From Candidatus Falkowbacteria bacterium (lineage in GTDB: Bacteria; Patescibacteriota; Patescibacteriia; UBA11705; JABHMO01), in contig JACRNX010000031.1 of NCBI GenBank assembly GCA_016214755.1, positions 18,020-82,019 on the forward strand: a DNA stretch of 64,000 nt, written 5' to 3'. The position numbers and the translations under genes were made by a program. This document shows positions 46,834-56,322 of the stretch, in pieces. Numbering within the stretch: position 1 is the first letter of the stretch; each line of letters starts with the position of its first letter. Below the pieces are notes generated by a model that was not told where the DNA came from, made no database searches, and saw only the letters and a program-made list of their open reading frames with translations.

Positions 46834-47787
46834 TTATTTGCCTTTAAAATTAAAGCCAATCGTAATTTTTTCTGCTTGTTCTGGCGTTAGAGCAATTCTC
46901 TCGTTGTATAATCTTGGCGTTTTGGCGAGGCCACTCAACAGCGCCTTTAACAAAACGCTTCGCCGCCGCGAAACGCAATCAACCGCAACGCACCAAGAAT
47001 ATTTTATCAACCAGATTAAGGTTTTTATGTTAAGCGGATAATATTTTAAAACGAACATTAAGCTGCTTCTGGCGGAAGTAAAATTTGCGATTGGATTGCC
47101 GGTTCTATAATTAAACGAGCTGTCAACCGCAAAGCCCCATTTGTTGTCATTTTTTTCAGTGTCGTCCGAGGCAAACGCATGAAAGACATAAAGGTCGCTA
47201 AAATTTTTTGCGATCATGCCCGCTTTCATTACTTTTGCCGAAATTCCCAATTCATACGGCGAAGTGTGCCCCCATTCCTCCCAATAGCCGTATTGTTCTA
47301 CGATTTCCTGGCGATATCCGCCGCCGCAACCAGACCAATAGTAATTTTCTGATTCGCTTTTTGATTCGGCCAAGTGAGCCTCGTCGTAATAATTGGCAAT
47401 AAACGCTTTCTGGTTATAGACATTGAATGCAATCAAGCCAAGCCGCGGATCGCATTCAAATTCCTTTACCATTCGGGTAACGCACTCCCTGCCTGGGAAA
47501 GAATCATCATCCAGCGATACCAAATATTTTCCAGTTGCTTCTCGGCAGGCCATGTTTCTCGCCGCGACTCCGCCGATATTTTCCATCGTTCTTAGACATT
47601 TCACTTGGGAAAATTTTTCTTTAATCGCTTCACTGCTTCCGTCCGAAGAACAATTATCAACGACAATTACTTCAATTGGCCGATAAGATTGTTCGTATAT
47701 TTTTCCCAGAGTTTTTAGTATTTCATCCTTTCGATTGTAGGTCGAGAGAAAGAAGCTGACTAGGGGATTATTCATCGTTGCCACCAT
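46834..47787 (-). CDS. glycosyltransferase family 2
   Basis: LVSFFLSTYNRKDEI ... VVDNCSSDGS ... SLDDDS motifs. Confidence 0.85.
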   Translation of the reverse strand: MVATMNNPLVSFFLSTYNRKDEILKTLGKIYEQSYRPIEVIVVDNCSSDGSSEAIKEKFSQVKCLRTMENIGGVAARNMACREATGKYLVSLDDDSFPGRECVTRMVKEFECDPRLGLIAFNVYNQKAFIANYYDEAHLAESKSESENYYWSGCGGGYRQEIVEQYGYWEEWGHTSPYELGISAKVMKAGMIAKNFSDLYVFHAFASDDTEKNDNKWGFAVDSSFNYRTGNPIANFTSARSSLMFVLKYYPLNIKTLIWLIKYSWCVAVDCVSRRRSVLLKALLSGLAKTPRLYNERIALTPEQAEKITIGFNFKGK

Positions 47788-48367
47788 AAAAATATTTATT
47801 TATCTCTGTTTGTCGCAGATATTTGGCGCGGAACAGCTCCTTAACCATATGCACGATAATCAAATGAGCGTCCTCAATTCGCTCCATGGATTGCGTGTTC
47901 ACCACAATCGCCAAATCAGCTAGTTGCGAAAGTTTTCCGCCCATCTGTCCTTTATAATTGCCAGTTAATCCGATTGTAAAAACTCCTTTGCTTTTGGCGT
48001 ATTCTATGCCGCGTAAAACATTTTCCGAGTTACCGCTGCCGCTAAATCCGATTACTAAATCACTTTCATTCAAGAAAATTTTGAGTTGTCCCTCAAAAAT
48101 ATGTCCATAAGAATCATCGTTGGCGAATGCGGTCACGGCGGCGATATTATCAGTCAAGCAAAGCGTTTTTACTTCCAGGGACTTTGACCAATCGCCAGCG
48201 GCATGCACAGGCGTCGCGGCCGAACCGCCGTTGCCGATGACATAAACGGTTTTCTGCTTTTGCTTAATCTCAAACAATTTCGTGGCGATCGTGTCAATGT
48301 CATTATGACGCAAATTCGTGATCGCTGAAATTAAATCAAGTTGATATTCTTTAGTGTGCGCCTCCAT
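47768..48367 (-). CDS. gmhA: D-sedoheptulose-7-phosphate isomerase (SIS domain)
   Basis: VYVIGNGGSAATPVHAAGDW and IGFSGSGNSENVLRGIEYAKSKGVFTIGLTG match the GmhA SIS-domain signatures. Confidence 0.8.
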   Translation of the reverse strand: MEAHTKEYQLDLISAITNLRHNDIDTIATKLFEIKQKQKTVYVIGNGGSAATPVHAAGDWSKSLEVKTLCLTDNIAAVTAFANDDSYGHIFEGQLKIFLNESDLVIGFSGSGNSENVLRGIEYAKSKGVFTIGLTGNYKGQMGGKLSQLADLAIVVNTQSMERIEDAHLIIVHMVKELFRAKYLRQTEINKYFYGGNDE

Positions 48368-48381
48368 ATGATTTTAGTTTA

Positions 48382-51024
48382 CTAATTTAAATTCCCGTGA
48401 AATTCATTTAAGAAATTTGCTACCATGAGCGGTATCCTTTTACCGTTAAAGAAGGAATATTCCAAACTGTCTTGTTCGCTCTGCGTTGTTCTTGGATGTT
48501 TATAATATCTCATTGCCCACCAAAGGTCATTCAAGCGCGGGAGGTCATCTTCCGTGTACGTCCAAATTTTCTTTTTTAATTCTGGAATTATAAACGGCCA
48601 TTCTACTGCCATAGAAAAAATTTTATGGAGATAGTTTATTTGTCTTGCGTGAGGCACATTAAGAACAGTTCGATCGTGAAAACTAGGCGCCATTGAATCA
48701 AGAAAATCATCAGGGAGCTCTCCCGCCTCCCTCGCGATAGTATTTAAATGCGTTCCAGGATAAGGTGTGCAAATGCCAACCCAGGCAAAATGTGGCTGAA
48801 TTTCCGCATTTAATTCAATAGAATCAAAATCATTTTCCAGCTTTGTTGTAGGAATGCCAACCATGCTATGGGTAGTCAAATTAATTCCGTATTTCATTGC
48901 CGAGCGGCATCCCTGAATAATTCTATCATTTGATATTATCCGGCATAAGACATTTTTTCTAACATTTTCATTGCCGCTTTCCAAACCAACAAAAATCGCT
49001 TCGCAGCCATGCTTTGCCATTTGCTCAAAACTTTCATCATCGCGCGTTTCGAGTCGGCATGAACAGATGAAAGGTTTCGTGATTTTTCTTTTATATTCAT
49101 CAAGAAATAAATAGAGGGTTTCCTTGTTAGGAAAAAATAAATCATCGTGAAAATTAAATTTAGGCGGATCATATTTATCATTAAGATACTGAAGCTCTTC
49201 AATTGTATTTTTAATGCTTACATTCCATTGCTTGCCCTTGCCGGCATAAATTTCATTGTATTTCGAATTAAAACAATATGAACAATGATACAGACAGCCG
49301 CGCGATGCCATAATATTCATCGGCCCGGTTTTATCTTCGTGACGAATGAATAATTCGCGATCAGCCCAAGGAATTTGTTCAGATGGAATTTTATTGCCGA
49401 CAGGATTTTTTACTATTCTCCCGTTGTTTTTTATATGAAGGTTGGGAATGTCATTAAAATCCATTCCCTTTTGAACTCGCTTAGCAAGCTCGGCCATGGC
49501 AATTTCACCTTCGCCAATACAAATAATATCAATTCCGTCCTGTTCAAGTTCTTCGGGGAAAAAGGTTGGATGAGAGCCGCCAACAACGCAAAGGAAATTA
49601 AATTTCTCTTTTAATTTTTTAATAAGACGCCGACACTGAATATGTTCGTGAGCCGTGATATTAAATCCAACGATGTCAGGTTTAAAAGCCATCATTATTT
49701 TTTCTATGTCGTCTCCTAGATTAATCAACGCTCCTTCAACAATATGCCCGTCTTTCTTCAATACAGTTGATAAAATTTGCAATCCTAAGGGAATTTCCTT
49801 TGAAGCGCTTGCAAGCAATATTTTTACAGGGCCTTTTTCCTGCATGCTAAATTGCACTGTCGCTGGTACCTTTTTTTGTTTTGATTGTTTTAATGAGTCA
49901 ACCACATAATGCACTTGAGTTTCATCTAAATATAGGTGTAATGGCAATGACAAAATTTTTTCGTAGGCGTTTTCTGCAATTGGAAAATCGCCCATCCTGT
50001 AGCCCAACGTTTGATACGGCGCAAAATAATGCAGCGGCGTGTAATGAACGCTCGTTTGCACTCCGAGTTCGTTTAATTTATGATAGACGGCATCGCGCGC
50101 TAAACCAAAATCTTTTTCGATCTTTATCACGTAGAAATGCCAAGATGATTTGGCGTAATCTTTTTCATTCGGAATAGTGATGCCCTCAATGTTTTTTAAT
50201 AACTCAGAATATAGTCCGGCCAATTTTTTCCTAATCGCATTGAATCTTTCAACTTTTTTTAATTGAGTGATGCCGACGGCCGCTTGTCCTTCGCTCATTC
50301 GGCAATTATAGCCGACTTGAACGCAATCCCTGAACCATGGTTTCTCCAAAACTGCTGAACCGGCGTAATTGCTCAAATATTTGATTCCATGATTTTGAAA
50401 AAGTTTAATTTTCTCCATCGCCTCGACGGTTGAAGCAGTGACTATGCCGCCTTCGCCCAGCGTTGAAATGTTTTTTTGAGTGTAAAAACTATAGGCCGCG
50501 AAATGCTCAAACGAACCGATTCGTCGAGATTTATGCTCGGCGCCGATTGCGTGGGCCGCGTCGCTGATTACAGGCAAATTGTAATGAGCGGCTAAGTCCA
50601 TTATTTTATCCATATTAGCTGGATGACCTGAATAATGAACTGGCAAAATCGCTTTTGTTTTAGCGGTTATTTTTTCTTCTATCTTATCAGCGTCAATATT
50701 TAAAGTGTCAGGTTCGACATCAACAAAAATTGGTATCGCCTTTTCCAGCATAATGACATTGGCGGTTGCCACCCAGGTGATCGGCGTGGTGATAATTTCG
50801 TCTCCGGGTTGAATGTCAATTCCTTTCAAAGCAAGGTGGAGCGCGGTCGTACAACTGGAAGTTGAAAGCGCGTATTTAGCGCCTGCAAACGCGCTAAACT
50901 CGCGTTCGAATTGCTTAATCACGTCCCATTTATTGTATTCGATCGGTTTTTCCAATAGATCAATGATCGCTTTCTTATCATCATCTTCGTAAATGTTACC
51001 TCGCTGAGCAAAATAAACTTTCAT
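48382..51024 (-). CDS. fusion protein: DegT/DnrJ/EryC1-family aminotransferase domain + cobalamin-binding radical SAM domain
   Basis: N-terminal 390 aa are a fold-type I sugar aminotransferase (ITTPITWVATAN..., SFYTQKNISTLGEGG). Next is a B12-binding-like domain (VKILLASASKEIPLGLQILST...DIVGFNITAHE). Then IMASRGCLYHCSYCFNS (CxxxCxxC). 880 aa. Confidence 0.75.
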   Translation of the reverse strand: MKVYFAQRGNIYEDDDKKAIIDLLEKPIEYNKWDVIKQFEREFSAFAGAKYALSTSSCTTALHLALKGIDIQPGDEIITTPITWVATANVIMLEKAIPIFVDVEPDTLNIDADKIEEKITAKTKAILPVHYSGHPANMDKIMDLAAHYNLPVISDAAHAIGAEHKSRRIGSFEHFAAYSFYTQKNISTLGEGGIVTASTVEAMEKIKLFQNHGIKYLSNYAGSAVLEKPWFRDCVQVGYNCRMSEGQAAVGITQLKKVERFNAIRKKLAGLYSELLKNIEGITIPNEKDYAKSSWHFYVIKIEKDFGLARDAVYHKLNELGVQTSVHYTPLHYFAPYQTLGYRMGDFPIAENAYEKILSLPLHLYLDETQVHYVVDSLKQSKQKKVPATVQFSMQEKGPVKILLASASKEIPLGLQILSTVLKKDGHIVEGALINLGDDIEKIMMAFKPDIVGFNITAHEHIQCRRLIKKLKEKFNFLCVVGGSHPTFFPEELEQDGIDIICIGEGEIAMAELAKRVQKGMDFNDIPNLHIKNNGRIVKNPVGNKIPSEQIPWADRELFIRHEDKTGPMNIMASRGCLYHCSYCFNSKYNEIYAGKGKQWNVSIKNTIEELQYLNDKYDPPKFNFHDDLFFPNKETLYLFLDEYKRKITKPFICSCRLETRDDESFEQMAKHGCEAIFVGLESGNENVRKNVLCRIISNDRIIQGCRSAMKYGINLTTHSMVGIPTTKLENDFDSIELNAEIQPHFAWVGICTPYPGTHLNTIAREAGELPDDFLDSMAPSFHDRTVLNVPHARQINYLHKIFSMAVEWPFIIPELKKKIWTYTEDDLPRLNDLWWAMRYYKHPRTTQSEQDSLEYSFFNGKRIPLMVANFLNEFHGNLN

Positions 51025-53087
51025 AAATTAATTTTATTTAAATTTCGCACTTGATAAAATAAATTTTCTGGTGCGATTTGTTCCGACATCTTTCGGAGCG
51101 ATAGATTTTTCGAGTGGGATTTATATTGGTCGAATAAACTTTTAATTAAACTTTCCTGCGTGTCTGATAAATAGAATTCATATTGAAAGTTTCCGCAAGG
51201 CAAATCGTCTTTATGGCCAGATAAGCGCCAGGTTAAAATATCAAATTCAAACATTTTGATTTTTGAACGAATAAAATCATCGTTTGTTAAGTTAATTTGT
51301 AAGTTATTTGAAAAATCCAAGACATTTTGGCATTGTTTTAAAAATAAATCCGATTGTTTTGTCGCGGCTTCGCTAAAAATTTTCTTAGCGACTTGATAAA
51401 GGAAATCATTAAAAGCGGGTTGTTTTTCCAATAAAATCTTGTAAGTGTACAAATAATTTAATTTGCCGTAATCGCCGCTTCGGAGCCGCGCGAAATTTTC
51501 CTCACGCCGCCAATAATCAAAAAGTTCTTCTTTGGTATCAAACAATTCCAAATTATGATCGCGCGAAAAATCTTTATATAATTCGTTTATTTCATGCTCT
51601 GGCGATGTAATTATCTGACTGGCTCTTAGAATTACTTCTAGCGGATGAACATTTATTTTTTTAAATAAATTCAGGAAATCATAATACCATTTTTTTGACC
51701 ACATAAATTGAATCAAAAAATGGATGAAACGAAATGAACGTAAATCAGCCATTGACATGGTGCTTGTTTCCATAACATTCTCTTCGGCGTCGAACACTTT
51801 TCTGCCCTCATAAATGCCAAAGCTCATATCAAACAATCTCCAAGCCGTGCGGCGAACAAATCTATTTCTTGACTCCTGACTGTCTAAAACCGTTCCTGGC
51901 AGTAAATGCAAATTGTAATTGAAAATTTCCGTTTCCAAATCCATCATCCTTTTGTTTGTCTCAATATGGCTCTCTTTAGTTTCCAAAGGCAGTCCCAAAA
52001 TCAGTTCCGTGGACATACCCAGTTCAGCTTTCTTAAGTTCTTGATGCAGTTTAAGTAGCTCCGACCAAGAAATATTTTTCCTTTTGACCACATCTAGCGT
52101 CGGCTGATGCAGTGTTTGCATTGAGGCGCAATATTTTGTCAATTTGCCGAATTTTTTAATAATTTTCAAAAGCAATTCTGGATTTGATTTATTCCAACAT
52201 ATGTCCACATATCCTGGATAGCTGTATTTTTGACTGCATTCATAAATCTTGTCCGCGATATCAGCGTCTCTTGGGAAAAGACCAAAATTTGCGTCTGCTA
52301 ATTCCAATATTTTGGTTTTTGTGCAACGTTGGCCAATGTATTCAATCTCCAAAATAACGCGTTCCTTACTGAAAGTCGTCACCCTTTTTGATTTTTTCCC
52401 CCAAGCGCAAAAGGCGCATTCATAAGGACAGGAACGATTTGTTTCAATAATCGGAATGTACGGCTGATTGAAAAATTCATCCAACAATCCGGAAAGATAC
52501 GGTGAAGGAATGGAATCAAGATTAACGAATCCGTCAATCAATCCGCCAATCTGAACCGCATTTTCATTAAAGATGTTGTTGACAAGACATCCTGCAATCG
52601 TCTGCTGTCTAAATTTGTTCAAATCTAAATCACATTTTAAGAATTTATCAATAATATTCTTAAATCCAATTTCGCCGGAATCAACCACAAAAGCGTCGCA
52701 ATCTTGATGTTTAGAGAAAAATTTTTTTGCTCCTTCTTCGTTGGCGTTCAGGGAGCTAAATTCTGGACCGCCGCCGACAGTGAGCGTGTCCGGAGAATAT
52801 TGTTTGGTTATTTCAAAAATTCTTTTATTTAATTGATTGACCCAGCAGTAATAAGAGAGTCCGACAACTGTCGGTTTTTCGGCTTTGATGGCGCTGATAA
52901 TTTCAGCCGGACTTTTGAAAAGTTTAATTTCTGTTTTCGGATAAAATTTAAACAAATACGCCGCCACGCTCGCCACGCCCAGCGGGAAAGCCCAGGTGCC
53001 GACTTTTTCCCAATCATGTTCCAAACTGCCTAAAAATATTTTCATCTTTAATATTATTTTATTTGTCAGTCCACCGCAAAAAATCAT
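51021..53087 (-). CDS. cobalamin-binding radical SAM enzyme with about 400-aa C-terminal extension
   Basis: N-terminal B12-binding-like domain (KIFLGSLEHDW...TVVGLSYYCWVNQ), ETNRSCPYECAFCAWG rSAM motif. 688 aa. Confidence 0.7.
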   Translation of the reverse strand: MIFCGGLTNKIILKMKIFLGSLEHDWEKVGTWAFPLGVASVAAYLFKFYPKTEIKLFKSPAEIISAIKAEKPTVVGLSYYCWVNQLNKRIFEITKQYSPDTLTVGGGPEFSSLNANEEGAKKFFSKHQDCDAFVVDSGEIGFKNIIDKFLKCDLDLNKFRQQTIAGCLVNNIFNENAVQIGGLIDGFVNLDSIPSPYLSGLLDEFFNQPYIPIIETNRSCPYECAFCAWGKKSKRVTTFSKERVILEIEYIGQRCTKTKILELADANFGLFPRDADIADKIYECSQKYSYPGYVDICWNKSNPELLLKIIKKFGKLTKYCASMQTLHQPTLDVVKRKNISWSELLKLHQELKKAELGMSTELILGLPLETKESHIETNKRMMDLETEIFNYNLHLLPGTVLDSQESRNRFVRRTAWRLFDMSFGIYEGRKVFDAEENVMETSTMSMADLRSFRFIHFLIQFMWSKKWYYDFLNLFKKINVHPLEVILRASQIITSPEHEINELYKDFSRDHNLELFDTKEELFDYWRREENFARLRSGDYGKLNYLYTYKILLEKQPAFNDFLYQVAKKIFSEAATKQSDLFLKQCQNVLDFSNNLQINLTNDDFIRSKIKMFEFDILTWRLSGHKDDLPCGNFQYEFYLSDTQESLIKSLFDQYKSHSKNLSLRKMSEQIAPENLFYQVRNLNKINL

Positions 53088-54099
53088 CTAAACGCTTATC
53101 GCTTTGCAGCCGCTTTAATTGCAACAAGCGGTGGCAATGATAATCGCGAAACATTTGTTCGCTAAAATTTACTTCTCGAAAAAAATTAACCAGTTCTTCT
53201 CCACCTCGTTCCAAATTCCAAGCCGGTTTATAATAATCTTTTAACTGGTTTAAAATTTTTTTGAAACTGACGCGGTATGTTCGTGAATCGCGGCCGTGCT
53301 CACCGGTAAAAACCAATTCGCTCCCTTTAACAGCCTTTTGAGCAGCTTCAGCCAAATCGCGGACAGTGTAATTGCCATTTTCAATTCCCACATTAAATGA
53401 TTGTCCGGATATTAGCTCTCGCGGCGCCGTTAATCCGGCGATAAACGCGTTGCTCACATCTTGGACGTGAACAACCGGCCGCCATGGCGTGCCGTCGCTT
53501 TTGATTTCAATCTTATGAGTGGTATAGGCGCAAGCAACTAAATTATTAAACACAATGTCGCAACGGAGCCGCGGACTGGCGCCAAAAACCGTTGATGGTC
53601 TCATGCAGACGACAGTAAAATTTTCTGAACAGATTCCTTTTATTGCGCACTCTGCCTGCCATTTTGTTTTCGCGTACGCCGTCAAAGGATTTTTTTCACT
53701 ATTATCCTCATCCAGTTCCTCGCCGCTGTTTGCTATCCCGTACATACTTTGAGAAGACGAATAAACAAATCTTTTAATCCCATTTGCTTTTGCCAATTCG
53801 GCCAGTTTGACTGTTGCTCGAAAATTTATTTCTTCGGTTAATGCGGGATTTAATTCTCCGAGAGGATCGTTAGACAGAGCGGCGAGATGAATAATCGCGT
53901 CAATGCCCCGCAAATCTTCGGCGCAAACATCGCGAATATCTTTGATAATTTGTTTTACCGGATAATCAATTTTTTTCAATCCGCAATCCTGATAAAAATC
54001 CGAGTCATAGCCGATTACATTAAAACCGCCTTCTAAAAGTTTTTTAGACAAGATCGAACCAATATAACCAAGATTGCCAGTGAGCAAGATGTTTTTCAT
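53059..54099 (-). CDS. NAD-dependent nucleotide-sugar epimerase/dehydratase (candidate GDP-heptose dehydratase/epimerase)
   Basis: MKNILLTGNLGYIGSIL Rossmann motif and YAKTKWQAE (YxxxK). It sits immediately next to the heptose activation genes. Confidence 0.7.
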   Translation of the reverse strand: MKNILLTGNLGYIGSILSKKLLEGGFNVIGYDSDFYQDCGLKKIDYPVKQIIKDIRDVCAEDLRGIDAIIHLAALSNDPLGELNPALTEEINFRATVKLAELAKANGIKRFVYSSSQSMYGIANSGEELDEDNSEKNPLTAYAKTKWQAECAIKGICSENFTVVCMRPSTVFGASPRLRCDIVFNNLVACAYTTHKIEIKSDGTPWRPVVHVQDVSNAFIAGLTAPRELISGQSFNVGIENGNYTVRDLAEAAQKAVKGSELVFTGEHGRDSRTYRVSFKKILNQLKDYYKPAWNLERGGEELVNFFREVNFSEQMFRDYHCHRLLQLKRLQSDKRLDDFLRWTDK

Positions 54100-54109
54100 A
54101 AAATTAATT

Positions 54110-55303
54110 TTATTTGATTATCTCGACGGCTATTTGCCATAAATCCTTATCTGACGACACCAAAAAGGTTTTTACCTCGGCCGCTTCACCTGCCTGCCGG
54201 TCGGTTTCATCGTCACCGATATAAATCGCCTCGCTTAAATTAAGATGATGCTCTCGCGCTGCTTGGAAAAACATTCCTGGTTTTGGTTTCCGGCATTCGC
54301 AGTCATCGTCGCTTGAGTGGGGACAATAATAAATGGCGTTTACCTCGATATTGTTTTTCATCAGTTCCTCGTTCATGCGGCGATGAATGTCGTTCAAATC
54401 CTCTATGGTCATCAAGCCACGGCTGATACCCCGCTGATTTGTGACAATGTAAAAAACATATCCGTTTGATTTGAGCAGTTTTAACGCCGGGATAACCGAC
54501 GGCAAAAACTCAAACTCTTCCCATTTTTTGACATAATCATGGCTGGGCATTTTTTTATTAATTACGCCATCGCGGTCGAGAAAAATTACTTTTTTATGAG
54601 CTAAAAAGCTTTCCGCTCTCTTCAGATATTCAATGTTTGTTATCGGATAATAGGGATGGTCCGTTCGATAGCCGATTAATTGATTCTGTTCTATCAATTT
54701 TGGGAAGATAACAGTTTGAAACGAAAAGTTATCAGCCGGCATCATCTCCAGCACTTTCTTGTTTAGGATAAAAAAACCGATTTCCGTTCCGTTTAATCTT
54801 TCGTCTTGACGCGTTTGGTCATAAAAAATAACGCGTCCATCAGCGCCAACCGCAATATTGTTTTCAAATCCGTACTCTCCCGCGCCGTCTTTGTTATTAT
54901 AAACAGTTGTCATCGCCAACACGTTTTTTGAACGATAAAAATTCAGCATCTTCGGCAGATTCATCGGCCAATAATTATCGCCGTACATCACGAGAAACTC
55001 GTCGTGAAGCATGTCAGCAGCATTGTGTATCCGAGCGCCGGTTTCATCTTCAACCGTTCCAATGGAGTATTTTATTAGCAAGCCGAATTTGCTGCCGTCG
55101 CCAAAATATTCAGTGATTTTTTCCGCCAAATATCCCGACAAAATTACGACTTCTTCAATGCCATTTTTTTTAAGCAACTCAATTAAATACTCCAAAAAAG
55201 GTCTTCCGTTTATTGGAATCATCGGCTTCGGAATTGTCTCAGTTAGCGGCCTTAATCTTGCGCCTAATCCGCCAGCTAAAATCACTGCCTGTTTAACGCT
55301 CAT
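54110..55303 (-). CDS. bifunctional D-glycero-D-manno-heptose-1-phosphate nucleotidyltransferase (HddC-like) / D,D-heptose 1,7-bisphosphate phosphatase (GmhB-like HAD)
   Basis: N-terminal AVILAGGLGARLRPLTETIPKPM (sugar-phosphate nucleotidyltransferase). C-terminal VIFLDRDGVINKK ... YYCPHSSDDDCECRKPKPGM ... YIGDDETD are GmhB HAD motifs. The start is placed at the internal ATG 55303 (MSVKQAVILAGG), which leaves a 7-nt gap to the upstream stop; the track ORF begins at 55363. Confidence 0.75.
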   Translation of the reverse strand: MSVKQAVILAGGLGARLRPLTETIPKPMIPINGRPFLEYLIELLKKNGIEEVVILSGYLAEKITEYFGDGSKFGLLIKYSIGTVEDETGARIHNAADMLHDEFLVMYGDNYWPMNLPKMLNFYRSKNVLAMTTVYNNKDGAGEYGFENNIAVGADGRVIFYDQTRQDERLNGTEIGFFILNKKVLEMMPADNFSFQTVIFPKLIEQNQLIGYRTDHPYYPITNIEYLKRAESFLAHKKVIFLDRDGVINKKMPSHDYVKKWEEFEFLPSVIPALKLLKSNGYVFYIVTNQRGISRGLMTIEDLNDIHRRMNEELMKNNIEVNAIYYCPHSSDDDCECRKPKPGMFFQAAREHHLNLSEAIYIGDDETDRQAGEAAEVKTFLVSSDKDLWQIAVEIIK

Positions 55304-55310
55304 ACATGAA

Positions 55311-56309
55311 TTAAAAATGTCTGGAATTATAAATAATTTCACTGCCGTGAGACGAGAGTTCAACTTGCAATTCCTTTAAATCCGCTAATGCTTTCCTCAC
55401 ATTTTCATGATTTTCTGGCTTGCAATAGAAAAGTAAAAAACCGCCGCCGCCTGAACCAAGCAATTTCCCGCCTATCGCGCCCGCCTTGATTGCTCTTTCG
55501 TAATAATCATTAATTGCGTCATTGCTTATTTTACTCGCCAATTCTCTTTTTGCCAGCCAGCCCTGATGCAGAGTATTGCCGATATTATCTAAATTATTTT
55601 GCTTTAATTCTGAACGCAATTGTTCGGCATATCCAACCATTCTGATTAATTTATTTCTAGTTTCTTCTTTAGTTAAAGTATTGGCTTTCTGCTCGCTTAA
55701 AACTGCTTTTGAGTCAGAGTTCATGTTTGTATTGAAAAGAAGCAAATTTTGATTTAAATAGCGCCTGCTTTTATCATCAAGATGAATTGGTTCGGCGATT
55801 ACATTGTCGTCGGCATTGAAACGAAAATAATTCAGTCCGCCAAAAGCGGCCGCGTATTGGTCTTGTTTACCAATCGGCTGGTCCAGCAACTCAATCTCTA
55901 TTTTGCAAGCTTGTTCAGCCAGCATCTCCGGCGAAACTTGAACACCTTTGTACGCGTAAAGAGCGTTTAACACGCCAACGGCAATACTGCTGGAAGAACC
56001 CAACCCTGTTCCCCAATCGTACGGCTGAACATCAGCCATATAAACAATATCTATTCCCTTATTAATGCCGCCAACAAGTTTGAGCGCTTCTCTGATTATA
56101 TTGTGCTGAATTTTTTCTATATCGTAAACCAATTCTGTTTGCGAATAGCTGACGCGGATGTAATCATCAAATTTTTTATTGACAATCACATAAACATATT
56201 TATTAATCGTCGTGCTGACCACGGCGCCGTATCCTGTTTGATAAAAGGCCTTAAGGTCAGAGCCGCCGCCGCTAAAACTCATTCTAAGGGGTGTGCGCGA
56301 AATAATCAT
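55311..56309 (-). CDS. GHMP-family sugar kinase (D-glycero-D-manno-heptose 7-phosphate kinase HddA-like)
   Basis: MIISRTPLRMSFSGGGSDL N-terminus, PxGxGLGSSSS ATP-binding motif (DWGTGLGSSSSIAV), and the GHMP C-terminal GAIGGKLLGSGGGGFLLFY. Confidence 0.8.
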   Translation of the reverse strand: MIISRTPLRMSFSGGGSDLKAFYQTGYGAVVSTTINKYVYVIVNKKFDDYIRVSYSQTELVYDIEKIQHNIIREALKLVGGINKGIDIVYMADVQPYDWGTGLGSSSSIAVGVLNALYAYKGVQVSPEMLAEQACKIEIELLDQPIGKQDQYAAAFGGLNYFRFNADDNVIAEPIHLDDKSRRYLNQNLLLFNTNMNSDSKAVLSEQKANTLTKEETRNKLIRMVGYAEQLRSELKQNNLDNIGNTLHQGWLAKRELASKISNDAINDYYERAIKAGAIGGKLLGSGGGGFLLFYCKPENHENVRKALADLKELQVELSSHGSEIIYNSRHF

Positions 56310-56322
56310 ATTTAATAAATTT

